The translations under genes were made by a program, and so were the position numbers. Shown one piece after another: positions 51,139 to 61,205 of a stretch of 64,000 bases of DNA. Source of the stretch: Lingula anatina (lineage: Eukaryota; Animalia; Brachiopoda); the NCBI GenBank assembly GCA_051362555.1, contig CM120644.1, positions 25,256,534 to 25,320,533 on the forward strand, in the 5' to 3' direction. Under the pieces are notes generated by a model. That model was given only the letters and a program-made list of their open reading frames with translations, was not told the origin of the DNA and did not search any database. The first letter of the stretch is position 1; each line of letters starts with the position of its first letter.

Positions 51139-54137
51139 AGCTATCAAGACAGTTTAAATTCAGGAGCATAGTGGAATGGTACAGAGTGTAGAAAAATCGG
51201 ATTGAGGAAGGTATGTATTACAGTAATGCATTGGATCATTTAGGCATAGCTCTAATCAAATTGAAAATGAGATAATTGATCTAATTTGCAGTGTACCTTG
51301 TAAACATCATGTCCATATTACATTAAACAAGTTATAATTTATAATGTATAGCTTCCCTTTTAGCCAACAAAGAAACACTGTTTAGTCTATTTATTTCGTA
51401 TAAAACTGTGATCACTTGTTCATCAAAATATTTCTTTAAATGCAGTTGAATCTTTAAAAAAAAACAATTTACATTTCATTTAACTTTTGGTTTGTGATTG
51501 ATTATAAATTATCTATTAATGTTATTCAAGGGACCATCACGATATATAACTGAGAAAGACCCATGCTAATAAATAACATACAATTAACATGTTAGAGAGG
51601 CTGTCAGAGCAAATTTCATTACCTCACATGTTCTTCAGGATCGTTTATTTGCCAAGTTTTCTTTCCCTTAATTTCTTTTCAACCCTTAATGTGAGGTAAA
51701 CACCATAGTTTGTTTGAAAATATTTTTTGCTAACCTATACATAATGGAAATCTGACCATTTTGCTTATATAGAAGCTATAAATTTTAACTTGGGGGTTGC
51801 TTTTTTGTTGTTTGGAACGATGATTTAGGTCAAGCAAAGACTGGTGAGAATAGGGAATTACTGTTTACCCTCGGAAATTAGTTTTCCATGAGTTTTTGGG
51901 ACTTTTTTGGCCCTGGCAGCTCTGTAATGGCCCAATTGCATAATTCACCAGAGTAGAGTTTTCTCCACTGCTGATTTCTGCATTTTAAAATTCGTTTCTG
52001 ATTGTTCCTGTGGGCTTGGTTCTACGAAATATGTTCATGTTCTTAATATTTTTTTACAAATTATCCAGCTTTAATATCTTGTCTTTGAAAAAAAATCAGT
52101 TAACTAATAAAGGCTATGAATTGCTCAAAATACAATGGTGCAATGATTATTATTGATCTCATTAGAAAATCTTTCCTTCATCATTTTGCATTTTTGTAGA
52201 CATGTACAATTAATTAAAATTCACAATGTCTTTCTTTCAGAATGCGTCTGCAAATGGTTCAACACAATCTAGACGGAGTTTAAGAAGACTATCACAGTAA
52301 AGTTGAACAATGTGCAAAAGACTTTTGTCTGAAATTCTTCAATTATTAAGTGACTAAAGCAGTATGCTGACAATGGACACGGTCTGGCCAAGGGAGGTTT
52401 TAGCCACTCATTCTGGCAGGAGTTCGAATGCACACAAGAAAAAGACAGTGATGGCACAGCTTGACAAGATGTATTGGATCCTTGTGTTAACTTATAGAAC
52501 TTATAATTCAAAAGCAGTAGCAGCACCACCGTTAAATTTGCAAAAATCTATGAAACAATTCTCTAGTAAGCTGGTTGCATACCATACTGAATATGTACAT
52601 ACTAGTACATTTATATATATTGAATAAAGAATGTAAAAATGATACTCTCTTTTGTTTTGAGAAACCAGTGCCTATAACCAATTTTGCCAAAGATCCAGCA
52701 ATATATAAAAAGCGGTAATAATATTCAAAGCAGTTAATATGAATTTCTAAAGGTTCCTATAAGATTTCCTATAGGATCCTATAAGATTTCCTATAGGATT
52801 TCTTATAGAATCCTATCAGATTTCCTATAGGATCCTATAAGATTTCCTATAGGATCCTATAAGATTTCCTATAGGATCCTATAGGAAATCATATAGGATC
52901 CTATAGGAAAAAGGGACAATTTCCTATAGGAAATCTTATAGGATCCTATAGGAAATCTTATAGGAAATCCTATAGGAAATCCTATAGGAAATTTTCGTAA
53001 GGGATATTTTTTGCAAGGTTGAATTTTAGATTTTTGCCCATTGTAATATATAATACATTATGATTTGCCTCAGTTTATGGCCTTACATGCTATAGTACCC
53101 TTACAGCAGGTGAGGCTGAACCCTGGTTAGTGTTTCAGACTTTTAAGTACTAGCCGGTGACTAGTGGTAGCACTGGTAGTACTTAAAAGTGTCTTAAACT
53201 AAATATCCACATCCTGACAAAACTAGTGTTTATAAAGGACCATTCCCACAGATATCTGGATTGATCAATCTCCCTGTGGAGTCTCACTAAATTCCTATCA
53301 AACTATCTGGCTTAAATGTCTGTCACACCTAGTAAAGCTGTTAACAGGGGCGGATTTAGGCCGTCTTCTGGGTCTTCCAGATGACGGTCAGATTTTCAAG
53401 TTGACATTGACAAGTATCTATAAGATAATTTGGAAGACTGTCAGTAAATAGCTCTGGATCCGCCCCTGGGTAATTATCTTTACCCCTAGCTGCTTTGTTA
53501 GGCACGACAGACATCTAAACATCTGTAGCTGATAGCAATTTAGTGAACTCTCAGGGAATTAGGTCAATCCAGCTGGATCGATCTAAGTATGGGAACCCAG
53601 TGTAACACTAGGCAGGGTTAGGTCTTACCAATGGTAGGGGTACTGAGTAAGCATGTAGGACCATAAACTGCGGCAAAATAAGACAGAGGACTATAACCAC
53701 CAATGATGTCAACGTCTGGTTGATGACCCCTGTAAATTAAAGGTTATCATTTTATTCATGTTCAGTCTCCAAATATAGTAACATTTTCATATTTCCCTTG
53801 GACTAGTCATAATATTGTCATTTTCTTACTATTTTTAGTGTGCAGTAGTCAAGCAGTTGATCGCCAATGCATTATCAATGGCAATAACTTTTGTCAAGGT
53901 ATGATATCCAAATAATTCAGAAAAATTGTCTTGCCAATTAATATGCAAGTCTATATATAATAAAAAAATAAGTAATTCCTTATGTTTAGTAGTACTTACC
54001 ATCATTTACGTATGACAACCAATTTTTTAAATGACCGCCACCGCTTTTTAAAGTTAGTAGGCTTTTTTTCACCCCATATGAAAAAAATGAATAATTATAA
54101 AATCAGGTGCACCTTAACCTGCTCTCAACTATTCCAG

Positions 54138-54259
54138 GCACACCCTTTGACAATCAGGGTTATGGTTTTGTGCTGATGTTCAGTGAGCACTACACTCAGG
54201 TGGGAAACCCATACAATCCCTTCCTGGTCATTACTAATGCTGAAACAGAAAATGTACAG
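54138..54259 (+). CDS. FCGBP-like exon, start of IgGFc-binding domain 2 (DNQGYGFVLMFSEH)
   Basis: ttccag| acceptor and cag|gtagga donor; phase 1 to 0; paralogous to DSAGTDFMVMFTEN. Confidence 0.85.
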
Positions 54260-54553
54260 GTAGGATGAAAAGTTATGGACAAAACATGGTATGCTTTTCT
54301 TCTAAATTATTAATTTTATATGCCTCATAATTCCCATTTGAATTTTTTTCAAATTTCAAAAAAACTGAACTATACAAAAACTAAAATATAGCCCTCTTGG
54401 CTCAAACAGTGGGCATTCTACTGGTAAAAAGTTAATCAAATTGCATTTAGGTAATTGTCCAAATGATAGATCTTGCAACTTGATACCTCTTTTTATTTAT
54501 TCTGGATGACACAGTTTCACTGTATAGTATTGAGCTATAAATGAGTGTATATA

Positions 54554-56452
54554 CGGTAATGTGCCAAGCATTTCAACGGGCCCAGTCAATCCGACCACAA
54601 AAATTATTTTATAAAATTAATTTTTCTGGGATCAAACAATTAGTCCATACGTCAAAATCATGGGGCAGAATTTTTTTCTTGTTCCAATTGTTCGACCACA
54701 TCGTCGACAAGACTCGGTAAATTTTCAAGCCAGTGAAATAGATGCTGCATGCCTCGGCCCTTTGTCAATTGTTGTCCTTTCAATAGCTCTCGTCAATGAG
54801 GAAGAAACAATTAATTGAAGATCTAATCTGGAAGCATGACGTACCTGTCTTTTCCTTTGTCCCCGATGACAATAATAGTGCTTATAGACATACAAATTTT
54901 GCTAATTAAGCAGACTTGCCCTCGCTGACTGATTCATCACGCCCGTAACTGGGGAGGGGGGGGGGGGTTAAAAAAAGGTCTATTCTGGATGAAACCAAAT
55001 ATCGACAGTGGGTAGAATACGTCGTAAACACCTTCATATAGACCATATATAGCGTTTGCTAGCAATAAAAAGTTTGGGAAGAATAAGCAATTTATTTTCA
55101 AGTTTGATTGAAATATATATGCAGATGGGGAAACGTTCTTGAAGTCAACACCGCAAGATCTTACATTTACTACAATCGACCGAAAGATCAGCAGGATCGA
55201 CCGCCCAGACTTCTTGGCGCCAAATACCACGCGCTGTCAAAATCTGACAAACACATGTCGCTGTTCACCTGCATGGATAACTGATTTGTCAACAATAAAA
55301 ATGACGTCTTCTTTAACTCCATGGGAGCTTCATAGAGAGTTCCACTGGGTATTTACGTTACCTGTGAGTCACTTTCTATTTCCCCAGATGCATGAAATGT
55401 TGATAATATTTAGCATAATCCACGACGAACTCCATTCCTGTGACCCCCCTCCCCCAAAATGGGACAGTCTTTATTAACATGTGGTTTGCGCTATGCTGGA
55501 GCAGGCCAGATAAAACCAGTCTCTCATTTCTGCAAGTGCTCAATTCTCACTTCAAATTATAAATGCACATGTTTTGTGAAAATTATGGCAAGTAAATGCT
55601 TTTTTTTACGTTCAGGTTTTATCAGTGGGGTTTTCAATATGCACCGTGGTTTGTGCACAGCGAGAGTATATAAGTAAGAAAATCGGAAGAGTGCAAGCAA
55701 GATACTGTATGTCTATCGGCACAGGTACGCTCCGTATTTTGCCTTTTCTCAATATGTTTTTATATGACATGCTTTTTAAATAAAATACTTAATAGTAATT
55801 TGAAGTTACACTGATTTCCGTTTGAGTACCAGTTGGTATTCTTTGATATGGGTGATTGAATTTTCTTCGGAAGTACGTACGTCTACGCCTCGACGCTGAG
55901 CAAGCCTTGCGGGTTGAAAACAACTGATCTCAGACTGGTAAAAAGTTTCAATTCGGTTGATTTCAGTTGTCATATTAAAATTCAAATAGGGCGTACGTAA
56001 ATCACATAACTAGTTTAAGTCCACTTAAGCTACCGATTTCAAATATAAGTGACCGGCCTTTGTTTACAACACCTGTCTCCGGGGAAATACTCGTCCCACT
56101 TGTGAAGCGCATCATGAAAGTGATCGTAGGTGAGGGAAATATATAATTAAAAATTATAATTGTCGTCTTTTTTAATGTTAAGTAATGTTAGCACATATTG
56201 TACACAGCAAAATAAGATTTCAGGAGGATAAAACATGCCTGAAACACGTGTTAGGCGAAAATTGCGGCTTATCTTGCGTAACACTTCCGGTAAAATGCAA
56301 TACTTCCGGAAAGATGGACGTTTTAGCAGATGCCCTTAACAATCCGACGATATCAAAGGTTTCCGTTTGCTGTATTTTAATCAATTCGACCAAACTGACA
56401 TTTCCATGAAATTAATTAATTAATCTTGGTCGAATTGTTTGGCATATTACCG
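54554..56452. mobile_element. Non-autonomous TA-TSD element (cggtaat termini, as in 4029-5701)
   Basis: ta|cggtaatgtgccaa ... ttggcatattaccg|ta. Confidence 0.7.
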
Positions 56453-56500
56453 TATTCAACTAATAAACCCCAGCCTAACCAATTTAAAAATTACCTTTAG

Positions 56501-57733
56501 GTGAATGTGATAACGCCACGCTGGAGCAGCCCAAGTGTAAATGAGCAATTCACGTTGGCCACTGGTCAGTATCGTACCGTGAGTATTCCACAAGAGCTCC
56601 GCATGCAGCAGTCAACTCTCTCCACCAAGGCCATCTTGGTCCAGTCAAGTGGGGAGGTAGTTGTCCAGGGTGTGAATTCTGAAGAACACTCTACGGGCAT
56701 GTTTCTTGCTCTTCCAATTGATGCTGTTGGCAGTGAGTATTATGCAGTGTGTTACAGTCCTGCTTTCCTTCATTGCCAGTTTGGTATTGCTGCAATACAA
56801 GATGGAACAGAGGTCTCGATATCTTTACCTTCTCCACTGCCTTCTGGTCAAATTGTGCAGGTGACTTTTCAGGGCACAACATACTATAGTGGACAAACAA
56901 TCCGCCTGACCCTCAGTGCCTATGACACTGTTCAAATACAGGCTGCTCACGACCTGACTGGCTCTCATGTCATAACCAACAAACCTGTGAGCTTCTTCAG
57001 TGGGAACAGGCATACAAACATAGACCGAGGGTTAGGTGGACAAACAAAAGATCACACTGTAGAAATGCTCCCACCAGTATCTGCCTGGGGTAAAGAGTTC
57101 ATCACTTTCCAAATTCCAGACGGGACAGTATCTAATCCTGGGAACAATTTCAGAGCTGTGGTTCCCAGATTCAGTCAAACACCACAACTCGACCTGACAG
57201 TGGGCTCCAACCACATATACCCAGCAGTGCCCAATGGGTTTTCTTATGCCCAGTTCCTGGTTGGCCAAGGAAGCCAAAACACTTATGCCTATCTGTCATC
57301 AAACACTCCAATAATGTTAGCTGAATTCATTGTCAGTATGATAGGTACCAGTGAGGTAGCCGGTCCTTCTATGATTTATCTGCCACCTATTTCATTGTAC
57401 AGGAATGAATACACATTCACTGCCTTGGAAAGATCTCTCAGCACAAACAAGGTTTTTGTGAACACAGTTATTATTGTCAGTCCTTTGTCAGGTCGTGGTG
57501 ACATCACATTGGATGGGAATGCCTTACCAGCAATTACCTGGACCAATGTCGATGCAGGGGGTGTCATGTACAGTGCCGGCTTCTTTACTGTCAGCGCTGG
57601 CTTTCACAAACTGAGTCATCCCAAAGCGAACCATTATTTTGGTGCAGTGCTGTATGGAATTGTTTTGAATGATACAGTAGCCTCAGAATCCTATGCTACT
57701 GCTATTGGCATGAGGCTGTCCAGGATTAATGAA
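56501..57733 (+). CDS. FCGBP-like exon, IgGFc-binding domain 2
   Basis: Motifs STGMFLALP, DLTGSHVITNKPVSFFSGN and DHTVEMLPPVSAWGKEF. Splice sites ctttag| and |gtaagt; 411 codons. Confidence 0.93.
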
Positions 57734-57931
57734 GTAAGTGTAAATCCTGAGAAGTACAAATAATACTTGTTTCATTGTAAGGTACATGTGAAACAACTTT
57801 CCAAGGTTTTTTAAATATAATTATAGATATAACTATCAATAATTATAATTTGGATTATTTCTTCTATACATTGCCTTGTCCTATAGTAAGTGAAATGACA
57901 CCTAAGTTATTCAATTTTATATTATTTGTAG

Positions 57932-58031
57932 CCTTGTGGATGCAGTGTCCAAGCCCAATTTCAAGCAGCTGGCATAGACAATGATTGTGATGGACGGGTT
58001 GATGAGGAAGACTGCAGTGATGCAAATACAG
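57932..58031 (+). CDS. FCGBP-like exon with acidic DNDCDGRVDEEDC putative metal-binding motif
   Basis: ttgtag| acceptor and |gtatat donor; phase 0 to 1. Confidence 0.85.
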
Positions 58032-58243
58032 GTATATTGTTTCAATGATTTGTGTTCATGCATATTTTGGTATATAAGTTATAACCCTGATTTTCTTAAA
58101 TAGTTTGGAATTTTGAAAACCTCATGTAAGACTTGTGTGACTTTTACCTATTTAATTAATTATGTTTGGAATGTACTTCTTGTATCACTGTGGGTAAACT
58201 GTACTTCAAAGCATGTTACAGTATGAGCCTTTTTCTTTGTCAG

Positions 58244-58285
58244 ATGAAGATGGTGATGGAAGACAGAATGAGGATTGTGCAAAAG
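58244..58285 (+). CDS. 42-nt exon (DEDGDGRQNEDCAK)
   Basis: ttttctttgtcag| acceptor and |gtatga donor; phase 1-1; second copy of the acidic motif. Confidence 0.8.
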
Positions 58286-58676
58286 GTATGAGAGTCTTTC
58301 TTTTTTAACCATGGGTGGATCTACTACATCTAGGGTTCCCTTTGTGTGTGTGTGTGTGTGTGCATGTAGAGTGAACATTTCATACCTCCCCACCTCCAAA
58401 AAAATAAAAAAAAGGCAGAACATACTGTTGCACAACTTTATTTTGTCATTTTAAGGTTCACATTTAGCAAAATTATAGCAACATAATGACCTGAAATCAA
58501 ACATAATCCAAAATGTGTTTTCAACAACCTAGGATTAATGGGTGTTTTGGTTGCATTACATAATTATTTATTTTCAAAAGCAATCTAGTTAATGTCAACT
58601 TTTTCACATGCCCCAAAGAGGCAAAAAAAAAAAAAAAAAAAAAAAAATCTTAATGTTCTTTGAACAACAGTCAAAT

Positions 58677-58966
58677 ATATTTTGCTGTATATATGAAGTA
58701 GATGGCCAGTGGTCTCATATTTTGCTGTATATATGAAGTAGATGGCCAGTGGTCTCATATTTTGCTGTATATATGAAGTGGATGGCCAGTGGTCTCAGTG
58801 GTCTCATATTTTGCTGTATATATGAAGTGGATGGCCAGTGGTCTCATATTTTGCTGTATATATGAAGTGGATGACCAGTGGTCTCATATTTTGCTGTATA
58901 TATGAAGTAGATGGCCAGTGGTCTCATATTTTGCTATATATATGAAGTGGATGGCCAGTGGTCTCA
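58677..58966 (+). repeat. Acceptor-junction tandem array, 7 x 40 bp
   Basis: AAG ends at 58698, 58738, 58778, 58827, 58867, 58907 and 58947. Unit is 21 nt intron plus 19 nt exon. Confidence 0.93.
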
Positions 58967-59130
58967 GTGGTTAAACTGGGGCACCTGCTCAGTAAGCTGT
59001 GGGGGTGGCAGTAGGAGTAGGACCAGGTCCTGTAGTGATCCAGTACCAGCATTTGGTGGCAGCCCGTGCCCAGGATCACCTCCAGACACACAGACTGATA
59101 CGGGGTCCTGCAATACTAATGGCTGTCCAG
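58948..59130 (+). CDS. TSP1 (thrombospondin type 1) exon
   Basis: [29 protein letters not shown]...CP. Symmetric phase 1-1, AAG acceptor and |gtaata donor. Confidence 0.9.
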
Positions 59131-59321
59131 GTAATATATATACTCAAAGCCCAAGAGATAATTATATGCTGAAAAAAATGGATATTAACTTAATTCAATA
59201 AAGTAAAAAAAATATATATATTATTAATTGTGTATAATAAAGGAACTCTTGTAGTACTCACCATTAGCTGATTAAACTGATATATAGTAATAATTGGCAT
59301 GCCTTCTTGCACACTTCCAAG

Positions 59322-59456
59322 TGAATGGGACCTGGATAGTGTGGCAAGCATGGAGTGCTTGCATTGTAAACTGTAGATCAGGTCGTGCGGTCGCAGTTGT
59401 CCTCCACCACAAAATGGTGGTAGTTTTTGTTCAGGCAGCCCCACAGAGAATGAGAA
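59322..59456 (+). pseudogene. Degenerate TSP1 pseudo-exon, frameshifted and cut by a gcacac-rich repeat (about 59457-59870)
   Basis: VNGTWIVWQAWSACIVNC, then RSCPPPQNGGSFCSG in another frame; no donor. Confidence 0.7.
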
Positions 59457-61034
59457 CCCGTAGCAAAATTTTAAACTTCCCGCACACTGTTTCTGTGTAT
59501 GCGCAGCATATTCACAGTAAGGGTTTCTGCGCATGTGCGGCACACCTCATTTGCATGGTAAAATACACACCTACCGCACACTCCTTGCACATCTCCTGCA
59601 CACTTCCTGCACACCCCCAACGCCACAACCAGCACAGTTCTTGCATACCTCTTGCATACTTCTTGCACACCTCCTGCGTACTTCTTGCACACCTCCTGCG
59701 CACTTCTTGCATGCCTACTGCATACTTTTTGCACACCTTCTGCGCATATCTTGCACACCTCCTGCAAACTTCTTGCACACCTTCTGCATACTATTTGCAC
59801 ACCTCTTGTGCAGTTAATGCACACCTCCTGCACAGTTTTGGCATACCTTCTTGCACACTTCCTGCACACTAATTAAAATATTTTATAACATGATTTAAAT
59901 TTTACGTGCTTGTTTTTCAGTCCCTTTATATTAATTCTACAAAGAATTAATATAAAGAATTACACTAAAGACATGTGCCAACAACTTAAAATTTTACTAA
60001 GAATGTTAGAAAAGTTAATATTATTCTTTAGAATCTGTACTGTCATTGAACAGAAATATTGTTAAATCTGTTTATCAACAACAAACAAGAAATTACAGTC
60101 ATATATTGTGCTTTATCAATCAAATTAAAAAATCGAACAAAATTAGCAAAATCCAAGCCATGTCCATATTTCTCTTCTTTACCTCTTTCTACCACATTTC
60201 TCTTCTTTACTCATCCTGTCCTGCTCCGTCCATCTAAAAAAATAGTAAACCGTAAAGTCCTACAAATTCACCACACTGCGCACAATGCTTAACATCCAAA
60301 TCTTAAACATCCATGTGGAGGACAAAAAACATCAATATACACATTACTGTTTGATAAGTCCTAAAATCAAGTTCAAGTGGTTATTGTTCATATAAAGAAG
60401 AGGTAGAAAGGAATGCATAAAAAATGTCTTGGATACTAAAAAACAAACAAAAACAAAGTGCTAAAACTGCTTTGAAGAATACTTCATGTACATCCCTTAC
60501 ATATTTATGTGATGTTGAAAGCTTATGGTTTATGGCTGCATTCACTTATATCCAACAAAATTTAAAGTATTGTTAAATGATATAAATATAATCAACTTGC
60601 AGTTAGTGATGTTCTCTTTTAAAACTTACTCTGCACAGCTCTTTCAACTAGATAATCCTTCACAAAAGAAACTGTTGCTGACAGTTCTTGTGGGCTGAAA
60701 AAACTCTCTAGTAACTTCTTTATCGCAAAGGTACTTGTATACTTTGTGTGAGTTTTGATGAGCCACCAACTATAGATATTCACAGCAAAGTCTGTCCCTT
60801 CTATTTATAAGCATGCAGTAGGAATGGGTTTCAGATCTGAAGGATTTCAAATATACATCAACATGTTTGAAATATGAGTATGTATATTGATTCGGCATAT
60901 TAGAGACACTAACATGAGTCAATAGTGATGATATAAGTTTGTTTTGCTAATTTGTATATTAATTCAGTGCACCATAAAATAGTTTTAGTACTCTCAGTTC
61001 ATTTGAAATTAATTATCTATGTATGTGATTCTAG

Positions 61035-61205
61035 TTGATGGTGGCTATTCAGACTGGAGTCCTTGGAGCACGTGTGCAGTCACATGTGGTGGTGGTCAGC
61101 AGACCAGGCAGAGGACATGTACCAATCCAGCTCCTCAGTTTGGAGGTGCTAGTTGCTCTGGACCCACATCAGAATCTCACACTTGTAACAGTCAGCAATG
61201 TCCAG
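61035..61205 (+). CDS. TSP1 exon
   Basis: VDGGYSDWSPWSTCAVTCGGGQQTRQRTCTNPAPQFGG...CP. Splice sites ttctag| and |gtaaca; phase 1-1. Confidence 0.93.

Larger units (their letters stand above)
48210..53003. mobile_element. Degenerate DNA element with cctatagg subterminal repeats and a BEN-domain-like remnant (about 52370-52490)
   Basis: cctatagga clusters at 48210-48660 and 52755-53000, the latter ending ttttcgtaaggg. MDTVWPREVLATHSGRSSNAHKK...LD resembles BEN domains. Left terminus not found. Confidence 0.45.

Noticed and set aside
52241-52330. Strong acceptor tttctttcag| as a candidate FCGBP-like exon
   Set aside because: Stops occur in all three frames shortly downstream; it more likely belongs to the degenerate BEN-like remnant.
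59471-59876. Several overlapping Cys/His-rich ORFs
   Set aside because: Low-complexity gcacac/cttcttgc repeat, not a recognisable protein.
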